Source: an uncultured archaeon (GTDB lineage Archaea; Iainarchaeota; Iainarchaeia; Iainarchaeales; GCA-2688035). Taken from it: a stretch of DNA of 64,000 nt. The stretch is from positions 22,435-86,434 of the forward strand of contig CAZXIC010000004.1 in the NCBI GenBank assembly GCA_964640195.1, in the 5' to 3' direction. Shown here one piece after another: positions 24,808 to 33,352 of this stretch. Numbering within the stretch: position 1 is the stretch's first letter; every line of letters starts with the position of its first letter. Made by a program: the position numbers and the translations under genes. The notes below the pieces were generated by a model. It made no database searches, was not told where the DNA came from, and saw nothing but the letters and a program-made list of their open reading frames with translations.

Positions 24808-26022
24808 CTAACGCCTGTGCCCATGCGTATGCTCCACTTCCTGCTCAAACCCGCTGATGTCAATGCCCTTCCGCAGCGGGCTAATTTCCCTCAGCTTTTG
24901 CACAATTCTTGGCAGCACTTCCAGAACATATTCAATGTCTTTTGCAGTAGTGCCCCTGCCCAGCGTAAAACGCAGGCTGCCGTGGCACTTTACGTGCGGC
25001 AAACCGATTGCCCTGAGAACGTGGCTCGGTTCAAGCGAACGCGTTGAGCAAGCGCTGCCTGTCGAAGCGGCAATCCCCCTGTCGCTGAGCATCAAGACCA
25101 TGCTCTCGCCTTCAACAAAATCAAAGCCGAGGTTCGCGTTGCCGGGCAGCCTTGGTTCTCTTGCACCATTCAGCCAGCTGTTCCCAATCTGCAGGGAACC
25201 TTTCACCAGCCTGTCCCTCAGCCTTCTCTCCCGTATGCTCTCAGCCTTCATTTCCCTGGCAGCGAGTTTCAGCGCTTCCGCCATTCCGACAATCCCTGCA
25301 ACGTTTTCCGTGCCGCTCCTCAATCCTCTTTCATGGCCGCCGCCAAACGCAATCGGCTCAATTTTTACATCCGCCCTCTTGTACAAAAACCCAATGCCTT
25401 TCGGGCCGTAAAACTTGTGCGCTGAAGCGCTGAGCAAGTCAACCTTCATCTTTTCAACGTCAACCGGCAGCTTTCCAACAGCCTGCACCGCATCCGAATG
25501 GAAATAAACGCCCTTCTTCCTGCACAGCCTGCCGATATCCTTAACGGGCTGGATTGTCCCGATTTCGTTGTTTGCATGCATTATGCTTACCAGAACAGTT
25601 TCGCTGTTGATTGCTTTCTCCACGCCTGGCAATTCAACCAACCCTGATTTCGTTACCGGCAGAAATTCAGCAGAAAAGCCCTGCTTCCGCAGCTGCTCTG
25701 CGGGATGCAGCACAGCATGGTGCTCTATGGCGCTTGTAACCAGCTTATCCCCCTTTTTCCTGTTTGCATGCATAACTCCCTGCAGCGCAATGTTGTCTGA
25801 TTCAGTGCCTCCAGAGGTGAAGTATATCTCCTCTGGCTTTGCATTAATTGCTTTTGCAATGCAATCCCTCGCTTTCTCAATTGCTTCCCTCGCCTCCAGC
25901 CCAAAAGAGTGAAGGCTGCTTGCATTGCCGAACTTCTCGCTGAAATACGGCTGCATTGCTTTAAGCGCTTTCCTATCAAGCGGCGTTGTCGCAGCATGGT
26001 CAAGGTAAATCCTGCCCTTCAC
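24808..26022 (-). CDS. iscS: Cysteine desulfurase IscS/NifS
   Basis: IYLDHAATT, SAHKFYGPKG, STGSAC; start uncertain (GTG 26022 or ATG 26073). Confidence 0.97.
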   Translation of the reverse strand: MKGRIYLDHAATTPLDRKALKAMQPYFSEKFGNASSLHSFGLEAREAIEKARDCIAKAINAKPEEIYFTSGGTESDNIALQGVMHANRKKGDKLVTSAIEHHAVLHPAEQLRKQGFSAEFLPVTKSGLVELPGVEKAINSETVLVSIMHANNEIGTIQPVKDIGRLCRKKGVYFHSDAVQAVGKLPVDVEKMKVDLLSASAHKFYGPKGIGFLYKRADVKIEPIAFGGGHERGLRSGTENVAGIVGMAEALKLAAREMKAESIRERRLRDRLVKGSLQIGNSWLNGAREPRLPGNANLGFDFVEGESMVLMLSDRGIAASTGSACSTRSLEPSHVLRAIGLPHVKCHGSLRFTLGRGTTAKDIEYVLEVLPRIVQKLREISPLRKGIDISGFEQEVEHTHGHRR

Positions 26023-26054
26023 ATTGCCGCCTCTTTTCACTGCTTTTTTACTCA

Positions 26055-26375
26055 CTACCCGCACCTCCAGCATTTGCAGCCGTGCTCGTTGTAGTGCTCC
26101 TCCAGCGATTCAAACAGGTTTTTCCCCTTTGCCTCCTTCAGGAGTGTTTTCTTCAATGAGTAAACTATCTTCTTTCCATCCCTGCTTGATTCAACGAAAT
26201 TGCATTTCCTCAGCGCTGCAAGGCTGTGGCTTACCTTGCTCTGCTCCTCGCCAAGCTGCCGCGCAATCTCTGAAACGCCCCTGGGCTTTCCTTTCAGAAG
26301 CTGTATTATGGAAATCCTCAGGGGGTTTCCAAGAACCTCAAGGCAGCAGTGGTAAGGGATTGAACCATGCTTCAT
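26055..26375 (-). CDS. ArsR-family transcription regulator
   Basis: LGNPLRISIIQLL, QSKVSHSLAALR; YHCC and HGCKCWRC potential ligands. Confidence 0.9.
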   Translation of the reverse strand: MKHGSIPYHCCLEVLGNPLRISIIQLLKGKPRGVSEIARQLGEEQSKVSHSLAALRKCNFVESSRDGKKIVYSLKKTLLKEAKGKNLFESLEEHYNEHGCKCWRCG

Positions 26376-26409
26376 ATGAAATAGAATTCATGCCTTGTTT
26401 TTAAAAGGC

Positions 26410-26781
26410 TTACGGCATGTGCCGCCTGCGCCGTTGCCGGGCGATAGTTGCACCAGCCTTCCGTTTTTGAAGTTGTTTTCCCATCGGGAAGTTAAAACCC
26501 GTACCTGGTTCATCCAAAAGGCCTTGCAATAATCGCGAAATGCGACTATGGCCTAAGCCCGGTGCGGCTTTTTTCCTAATAACAGCCTCAGTAAACTCCT
26601 TCAGGCTACCGCACATTGGAAAGCCCGGCCAGTTATCTTGGCTTAATCGACGCAGGTTTATTTTTGCCTGCGCGATTAACGCTCTCGTTCTGGTTTGCGG
26701 TCCCTTTGGTCCAACAAGACCCTCTCTCGCCGGAGCGCTCTTGCCACTCAGACCCATCCTAGTAGTGCCCTTTTCACCCAT
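26410..26781 (-). CDS. Basic orphan protein
   Basis: 123-aa ORF ending ARQRRRRHMP. Confidence 0.5.
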   Translation of the reverse strand: MGEKGTTRMGLSGKSAPAREGLVGPKGPQTRTRALIAQAKINLRRLSQDNWPGFPMCGSLKEFTEAVIRKKAAPGLGHSRISRLLQGLLDEPGTGFNFPMGKQLQKRKAGATIARQRRRRHMP

Positions 26782-26806
26782 GTGCTCGCCTTCTTTTTTT
26801 CACAGC

Positions 26807-27133
26807 TTATCCCACTATTTCTTTCAGCTGCAGGCTCTTTGTAACCCCGTCGTTTCCCCACAAGTATGTAAAGTCCACTGGCTCGAGCCTGCCAACCCAG
26901 ACCTGCCTGTTTCCAGGATGCTCGTGCCCCTTCAGCGTGAAAAGGGGGTTGAATTCGACCAGTGCCTTGTTCCCGTCACAGCGGAGCAGCCTGAAAACAT
27001 GCCCTTCCTTGTCCTCCAGGCTGTCAAAATGCTGCCCCTCGCCCACGGTTACCTCGCTGTTTGAAACAGTGCTGCTGAACGGCGGCTCCCACCTGTGGAT
27101 AACGCTCTTCAGAACGAAAACTGCTTTCGGCAA
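26807..27133 (-). CDS. Hypothetical beta-rich protein
   Basis: TTG start with AGGTG upstream; native-looking codon usage. Confidence 0.6.
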   Translation of the reverse strand: MPKAVFVLKSVIHRWEPPFSSTVSNSEVTVGEGQHFDSLEDKEGHVFRLLRCDGNKALVEFNPLFTLKGHEHPGNRQVWVGRLEPVDFTYLWGNDGVTKSLQLKEIVG

Positions 27134-27225
27134 AAAAGCACCTGTAGGAAATAAGCTGGCGGGATTTAAATAGTTTTCTGTTTGAAAAGAGCAAACCTTA
27201 TTAATTTCCAATCAACCCTTACTTT

Positions 27226-27960
27226 ATGGCTTACAGGAAAAGCCCAGCTGAGCAGTTCCTGCTTTTAATTACGTTGGAGTGTGGCCATAACTGCCCTGAC
27301 TGCCTTTATGCAGAGGTTCTCGGGCAGGGGCACATGCCCTTTAAAATGGTTAAGGAAAAAATAGCCCCCCATATCAAAACAGGGCACCATGTTACTGTTG
27401 CAGGCGGAGAGCCAACTATCCACCCAAACTACTGGAGGATAATCAAAGTTCTTGCAAGCAAGAAACCGGAGTACCTGCAGGTTATAACAAACGGTGTTTC
27501 ATTTTCAAACAGCAAAATGCAAGCAACTGAATTCGCATCCCGTTTGGACAAAATGGCGGCTGTAACTCATACGCCACTACTTATCCGTGTTTCAGTTGAC
27601 GATTTCCATGCAAAAAGGCTCAAAGGCGGCGAGGTTGAGATGGCGAGAAGGGTCAAGGTTATCAGGGGTGCATTTAAAAAAGCCCATCATGTAGGGCTGT
27701 CTTTTTGCGCGGGATTAAAGAGGCGGCAAAGCGGCACAGCCCTAATAAAAAAATACCACTTACCGAGAGAGGCAACAGATTTTTTCCTATGGCAGAGAGG
27801 CAGATTTAAACAGGCTGGGACAGAACAAAAGATGGTAATAACCCCAAAAGGGGTTGTTTACTCAACTGAGCAAAAGATGCTTCTGAGGCAGGATGCTCTC
27901 GGGCGCTTGAGGGGGAAGACCTCTTTAGGACGCATTGTTAGGAAGAGAAGAGGCCGCTGA
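27226..27960 (+). CDS. Short radical SAM protein
   Basis: CGHNCPDC, AGGEP, ITNG, VSVD. Confidence 0.85.
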   Translation: MAYRKSPAEQFLLLITLECGHNCPDCLYAEVLGQGHMPFKMVKEKIAPHIKTGHHVTVAGGEPTIHPNYWRIIKVLASKKPEYLQVITNGVSFSNSKMQATEFASRLDKMAAVTHTPLLIRVSVDDFHAKRLKGGEVEMARRVKVIRGAFKKAHHVGLSFCAGLKRRQSGTALIKKYHLPREATDFFLWQRGRFKQAGTEQKMVITPKGVVYSTEQKMLLRQDALGRLRGKTSLGRIVRKRRGR

Positions 27961-28001
27961 CATGTTTTCACCGGAACACCACTCTAGCGGCAGCTTTTTA
28001 A

Positions 28002-29129
28002 ATGCCCTATTTTCCTTATTTTACCAGAATGCACCTGCACCAGGTAATCAGCGAGGCAGTGGACAATGTTGCTGCGGCGGACGAGAGGAGGAAAGGGATT
28101 GCGCGGCAGCTGCTGCCCTTGTGCAGCCAGAGCCTAACTGAACTGGAAAGCCGTGAGCTTTTGGAGGAAAAGCTCGTTTCTCCCATGCAAAGGGCTGAAC
28201 TGGATTGCAGCATCGCAGGAGTTGACTCGGGATTTGTTGGAAAGGACCTGCTTGCACTGGACCTTGTCCTAGTGAGGGCACTCGGAGTTGTGTTCAGCTA
28301 CAAAAAGGGAAAGGTTGCAAAGGCAGAATATTTCCCGAACCATTACAGTTTCCCACAACCCAGCCTGAGCAGCGGCAGCCTTGAGTTTGACGAGTTCCAG
28401 TGCAGCAAAAGCATCCAGCGCTTGCTGATGGAGGTTGGAACAGCAAAAGAGGTGATTGAACGTTTCAGCCCAAGCTACTGCTTTCTGGACGGCAGCATCG
28501 TTCCTCAATACGCTGACAAGCCGAGGAAAGACAGCAAAATCAAAAGCGCCTACCGCAGGCTGCTTGTGCAGTTCCAGTCATTGTATGCAGCAGCGGAGAA
28601 GAACAGCTGCGAGCTTGTTGCCTGCGTTGAGGACAGCAGGGGAAGCAGGTTCAGGGCAATTCTGCAGCGTGAACTGCTGCCAGGCAACGCCAGTTTGGCC
28701 GCGGAGCTGGACGACTGCTACGATGCGATTCTCCTTGATTACCTGCTCAAGCCAGGGCAGAGAAGCATGGCTTTTGCTTACACCGGCAGCATTAAGGAGC
28801 ACCCTATCCTAATGGACTTTGATGAAAGCTGGGCAAAGGCAGTGCACGCTTTTTACATCAAGCCAGTTGCATTTGACAGGCCTTTGCGGGTTGAATTTCT
28901 GCATCAGAACGGAAAATCCGGCTTGCGGCAGCACGCTGACCAAACCGCCTCGATTGTTTTTGCGCAGAGCTGCATGCACAGGGAATACGCGTATCCAGCG
29001 ATTCTTATTGAGGCAGACCTGCACGCAAGGCTTTCCCCAAAGGAAATTGAGATTGTCTACGACAAGATTTTAAACAAGTTGGGCAAGGGATTTAAATTGC
29101 GCCTGAGGCGTGATAACAGGCCGTTTTAG
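28002..29129 (+). CDS. nurA: NurA nuclease
   Basis: AGVDSG, FLDGS, YPAILIEADLHA; upstream of herA. Confidence 0.9.
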   Translation: MPYFPYFTRMHLHQVISEAVDNVAAADERRKGIARQLLPLCSQSLTELESRELLEEKLVSPMQRAELDCSIAGVDSGFVGKDLLALDLVLVRALGVVFSYKKGKVAKAEYFPNHYSFPQPSLSSGSLEFDEFQCSKSIQRLLMEVGTAKEVIERFSPSYCFLDGSIVPQYADKPRKDSKIKSAYRRLLVQFQSLYAAAEKNSCELVACVEDSRGSRFRAILQRELLPGNASLAAELDDCYDAILLDYLLKPGQRSMAFAYTGSIKEHPILMDFDESWAKAVHAFYIKPVAFDRPLRVEFLHQNGKSGLRQHADQTASIVFAQSCMHREYAYPAILIEADLHARLSPKEIEIVYDKILNKLGKGFKLRLRRDNRPF

Positions 29130-29138
29130 GTGATGTAA

Positions 29139-29321
29139 ATGGGAAAAAATGAAAAGCAGTTGCTTGTCTGCCCCCAGTGCGGCAGCACTGACATGCGCTG
29201 GCTGCTCGGCGGAAAGCTCGGCGACCAGTACAAATGCGGAAAGTGCAACTACCAGGGGATTGCCTTGAGGGGCAGCGCAAAGTTCATAAGGGAACTAAAG
29301 GAAAAGAAAAAAGCGGATTGA
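29139..29321 (+). CDS. Small zinc-ribbon protein
   Basis: CPQCGS...YKCGKCNY; AGGTGA RBS. Confidence 0.8.
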   Translation: MGKNEKQLLVCPQCGSTDMRWLLGGKLGDQYKCGKCNYQGIALRGSAKFIRELKEKKKAD

Positions 29322-29327
29322 CAGCAA

Positions 29328-30872
29328 ATGCCTGAGGAAAAGGAAATCGGGACTGTGATAAGTACTGCAGAGAGCCCGAGCCCGGGCAGCGTTGACTTTG
29401 TCGTGAGCAAGGGAACTGTTCACAGGGGGCAGTTTGTTGAATTCCCCTGCAGCGATGGAACAATGATTGCGCTTGTGAACGACGTTTTCAAGACAAACCG
29501 CTACTTTGAAAGGGCGGATTCAGTGAAGGAATTTGAGAGCAACGGCTCGGCTTTGTTTGAGCAGTTTCCCACAGCAGAGTGGGAGTACCTTGTCGCAAAA
29601 ACCAAGCCGCTGGGTGTGTTTGCTGCTGACGGCAGCACCAAGAGGCCGACTTTTCCACCTTCGCCTGGAACAAGGGTCAAAACCGCGTCATCTGAATCGC
29701 TTGAAAGATTCCTGAATTTCGACAAGGAAGCTGGGCTGCATTTGGGCGAAATAGAGCACCACTCGCTTCCCGTAAAGCTGAACATGTCAGCGCTGCTAAA
29801 AAAGCACCTCGCAATTTTGGCACTGTCTGGCGCCGGAAAGAGCTACCTGGTTTCTGTCCTACTTGAGGAACTGCTTGACAGGAAAAAACTACACGGCAGA
29901 ATTGCAACCGTTGTTTTGGACCCGCACGGCGAATACAGCAGTTTTGCAGAGCCTGTGAAAGGGAAAGGGCACAGAGATTACAGCAGCAAAACAAAGATGG
30001 TGAGAGCGAGGGACATCCAAATTGGCGTGCCAAAGCTGAGTATCGGCATTGTTGCAGGAATCATCCCTGGATTGAGCGGGCCGCAGAAGCGCGACCTCAG
30101 CAGGGCAATGAACAGGCTAAAGCAGGAAATGAGGCAGGGCGTCGGGCCTTTTGATTTAAACGACTTGAGGGATGCAGTCGCATCTGATGAAAGCATTAAG
30201 GAAAACAGCAAGGCGCCCCTGATTGGTTGGATTGACAGCCTGCGGGGAATGCACCTGTTTGCCAAGACAGACAATCCAAGCATTGCCGATTTGATAAAGC
30301 CAGGGCAGCTTACGGTAATCGATTTAAGTGACCTGGTTGATTTAAGGAAGAAGCAGATTATTGTCAGCTATTTCGCCCAGAGGCTGTTTTATGAGAGAAG
30401 GAACAAGAGTGTTCCGCCTTTCCTGCTTGTTCTGGAGGAAGCTCATCAATTCACCCCAGAGCGGGTTGCGGCAGAAACCGCTATTTCAAGGGGCATTATC
30501 AGGACAATCGCAAGGGAAGGCAGGAAGTTCGGCGCTTCCCTTTGCTTGGTGAGCCAGAGGCCTGTGCAGCTTGACACAACCGCCCTGAGCCAGTGCAACA
30601 CCCATATAATTTTACGTATCACAAACCCATACGATTTGAAGCATGTCGGTGAGAGCAGCGAGGGGCTTGACAGCAAAAGCCTGGACATGATTACTTCCCT
30701 GCGCGTTGGGGAAGCCCTCATAGTTGGCGAGGCAACCTGCTTCCCTGTTTTCTTCAAGGTGAGGAAGCGCAGGAGCATGGAAAGCAGGCACGAGATTCCG
30801 CTGGAGGAGGCTGCCCTGCGGTTCGAGGAGGGGAAAGAGAAAAAAGACAGCGAGACAGAGCAATTGCTGTAG
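29328..30872 (+). CDS. herA: HerA helicase/ATPase
   Basis: HAS-like N-terminus, HLAILALSGAGKS, DPHGEY, LEEAH, AREGRKFG, SQRP. Confidence 0.95.
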   Translation: MPEEKEIGTVISTAESPSPGSVDFVVSKGTVHRGQFVEFPCSDGTMIALVNDVFKTNRYFERADSVKEFESNGSALFEQFPTAEWEYLVAKTKPLGVFAADGSTKRPTFPPSPGTRVKTASSESLERFLNFDKEAGLHLGEIEHHSLPVKLNMSALLKKHLAILALSGAGKSYLVSVLLEELLDRKKLHGRIATVVLDPHGEYSSFAEPVKGKGHRDYSSKTKMVRARDIQIGVPKLSIGIVAGIIPGLSGPQKRDLSRAMNRLKQEMRQGVGPFDLNDLRDAVASDESIKENSKAPLIGWIDSLRGMHLFAKTDNPSIADLIKPGQLTVIDLSDLVDLRKKQIIVSYFAQRLFYERRNKSVPPFLLVLEEAHQFTPERVAAETAISRGIIRTIAREGRKFGASLCLVSQRPVQLDTTALSQCNTHIILRITNPYDLKHVGESSEGLDSKSLDMITSLRVGEALIVGEATCFPVFFKVRKRRSMESRHEIPLEEAALRFEEGKEKKDSETEQLL

Positions 30873-30985
30873 TTTTTAAAAAATTTCAACAATTTCAGAA
30901 ATTTTTTTCATTTTTGAATTGTTTTTTCCAAAAATTGCGATTTTCAGCGAAAATTTTTTAAATAACTTAAGCGTTTATTGTAACA

Positions 30986-31291
30986 ATGCCTTTAGGCCGC
31001 CTTGTTGCTGCAGCAAAGAGCAATACGCCAACTATCAATCCGAGAAAAACCCTAATGAATTTCATTGACGGCGATAAGCAGCCTGAGAAAAAGCCAAAGG
31101 CGGAGCAGCAGCCCAGCTGGCAGCAGTGCAAGTACATAAAGGACGCTGAAGGCAAAGCTGTTTGCACGCAGTACATGAGCAACTGCGCAAAGGAAAAATG
31201 CAAGCAGCGCTACATGCAGAGCGATTTCTTCTCTTACAGGAAATACCTCAAGAAAGAGGTCAAGAAAGCGGAACCAGTGAAAGGGCAATAA
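30986..31291 (+). CDS. Hypothetical four-Cys protein
   Basis: CKY...VC...NC...KC; start may be 31055. Confidence 0.6.
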   Translation: MPLGRLVAAAKSNTPTINPRKTLMNFIDGDKQPEKKPKAEQQPSWQQCKYIKDAEGKAVCTQYMSNCAKEKCKQRYMQSDFFSYRKYLKKEVKKAEPVKGQ

Positions 31292-31353
31292 ACAGCGGAA
31301 GTGCACTCTCTTTCTCCCTTGTTTAAATAGCCAAAAAGCGGTTTTTTATCAGA

Positions 31354-32883
31354 ATGCCCTTAACCCCCAACCAACTGTGGCTGACTGACGCAAAATACTT
31401 AGAGGACAAAAGGGCTGTGCTGGTTTGTTTCTCCCAACTTGACCTTAGGAGAACGTGCCGCATGCCCTTCTTTCCCTCTTTTTTCGTGGGCAAAGGGAAA
31501 CAAGAAAAAAAGGCCTTGCCTGCGCTAATTTCCTCCCTGGACTGCCAGCGCTTCAGGCTGGAGGAGAACAAAACTGGATTCAAAGTAACTGCTTCTACTT
31601 TCACTGACCTGAACAACCTGGCAAATTCGTTGTTCGAGGCAACGGGTTTCAGGGCGGTTGTTCTGCAGCCGGAGCGGCAGTTTTTGCTCGCAGCCGGCTG
31701 GAGCTACTTTGACTGCTTCCACTTCTTCTCGGAAAAGGAATTTGCCCCTGTTGAAAGCAGCCTGCTGCCAAAAGTAAAGCTGCCCTTCTTCTCGGAGCCG
31801 TTGCCAAAAACAGTTGAGCAGCTGCTTTCCCTTGATGCCATGGCAGCAGTTAGAACGCTCAGGTCAATTGCCGCAAGCAATGCACTGTGCTTGCCATTGG
31901 ATGCTTTGCCGCCTCACAATAGCATGAGGGCAGAGGCCTTGTTTGAGAATACCTTCTGGCAAAGCGGTGAAAGCCGGCAGCTGCCGCTTAATGCAGAAAG
32001 CCATGCAGGGCAAGGGCCTCTGCCCACGCTTTCAGGCGCGACACTGGTTGACTTCAGCCAGTTATGGCCGACTATCCTCACCAAGCCCTTTTACAACATC
32101 GGCAGTGATACGATTGACTGCGTTTGCTGCAAGCCCAGCAACCTGCAGAGCAGGAACCTGCTGCCCAGCACGCTTGTTTCCGTCCGGTTCCTGCAGGACG
32201 GGTTTTACTTTGACAGCCTTTTCCCAAGGTTCGCCCAGCGCTTCCACGCCGAAAACAACCAAAAAGAGGGCAGGCTTCGCAGGATGAGGGAATTCTCCCT
32301 GCCAATTGTCCCAGTGGGGCCTTTCAACAGGCACGACCAGGCGGTAATCCCATTGCACGATGCACTCAGGCTCTCAGCCCTGGGCAAAGCGGAAATCCTT
32401 TCGGTGCAATTGATGCATTGGTTTTGCTTAAAGCACGAATCTGCTTTATCTAAAAAAATAGTGCAATTGCAGAAAAAAATTTCCATGCTTGAAAAGGAAA
32501 TGCAGTTGTACGAAAGGGGTGCATTTAAAAAACACGGCTTGGGGGCACTGCAGCTGCTTGACGCAAATGTTGAGTTTCTCTTCAAGAAAGCAAAGCTGTT
32601 TGTCCTGTCAAAGCTGCTCACAGAGCTGCCCCCGCATCTGGGAAACAGGGAAAGCGCATTTTTCAGGCATGATGTAGGCAGCGCTGCCAACAGCGTGGCA
32701 GAGCTGATTTTAAGCAATTTCAAGTCATTCGCCCAGCAACAAGGCGGCAGGACAGTCTTGCTCGGCAACGGCAGGGCGGTTGTTAAGAGCGACAGGCCGC
32801 TTTCCCTGATTCAGCGCTTTAGCGAGGCGCAGAAAATCCCGGTTCTCATCAAGCCAAAGAATGGCCCCAAAAGTGGGCTTTGA
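31354..32883 (+). CDS. Degenerate family-B DNA polymerase homolog (PolB2-like, probably inactive)
   Basis: VDFSQLWPTIL...NIGSDTIDCVCC resembles motif A plus PolB2 Cys cluster; no DTD motif C. Confidence 0.7.
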   Translation: MPLTPNQLWLTDAKYLEDKRAVLVCFSQLDLRRTCRMPFFPSFFVGKGKQEKKALPALISSLDCQRFRLEENKTGFKVTASTFTDLNNLANSLFEATGFRAVVLQPERQFLLAAGWSYFDCFHFFSEKEFAPVESSLLPKVKLPFFSEPLPKTVEQLLSLDAMAAVRTLRSIAASNALCLPLDALPPHNSMRAEALFENTFWQSGESRQLPLNAESHAGQGPLPTLSGATLVDFSQLWPTILTKPFYNIGSDTIDCVCCKPSNLQSRNLLPSTLVSVRFLQDGFYFDSLFPRFAQRFHAENNQKEGRLRRMREFSLPIVPVGPFNRHDQAVIPLHDALRLSALGKAEILSVQLMHWFCLKHESALSKKIVQLQKKISMLEKEMQLYERGAFKKHGLGALQLLDANVEFLFKKAKLFVLSKLLTELPPHLGNRESAFFRHDVGSAANSVAELILSNFKSFAQQQGGRTVLLGNGRAVVKSDRPLSLIQRFSEAQKIPVLIKPKNGPKSGL

Positions 32884-32941
32884 TAACTATTTTTAAATTT
32901 TCCCTCTTTTAAAGTATTAACGCCTATTTTTGGTTTTCTCC

Positions 32942-33145
32942 ATGCCCGCAATGACAAGATTTGAGAGAGCAAGGCTGATTAGCGCAAGGGCGCTGCAGCT
33001 GTCGCTGGGCGCGCCGCCATTGGTAAAGCCCCCGAAGGGCACAAAACCATATGATTTGGCTAAGCAGGAATTGGAGCAGGGAGTGCTGCCCTTGGTTGCT
33101 TTAAGGAGACTGCCAAGCGGCAAACTGGAAAAGATAGCTGTTTGA
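32942..33145 (+). CDS. rpoK: RNA polymerase subunit Rpo6 (K)
   Basis: TRFERARLISARALQLSLGAP. Confidence 0.95.
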   Translation: MPAMTRFERARLISARALQLSLGAPPLVKPPKGTKPYDLAKQELEQGVLPLVALRRLPSGKLEKIAV

Positions 33146-33157
33146 GGGGGGCGTTTT

Positions 33158-33352
33158 TTGGGCAAAGCGGTTCCAAGGAGCATTAAAATCAGGGCAGAAA
33201 CGCTGTTGCTGCGCTTTCCAGAAAAATTCGGCCCGGATTTCGAAAAAAACAAGCGGTTGATTGACGAATTGCAGCTGCCGTTCAGCAGGTTTGAGAGGAA
33301 CATGGTTGCCGGCTTTATTACAAGGAAGATAAAAGAAAAACAGCTTAGCTAG
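33158..33352 (+). CDS. rps17e: 30S ribosomal protein S17e
   Basis: DFEKNKRLI, RNMVAGFITR. Confidence 0.92.
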   Translation: MGKAVPRSIKIRAETLLLRFPEKFGPDFEKNKRLIDELQLPFSRFERNMVAGFITRKIKEKQLS

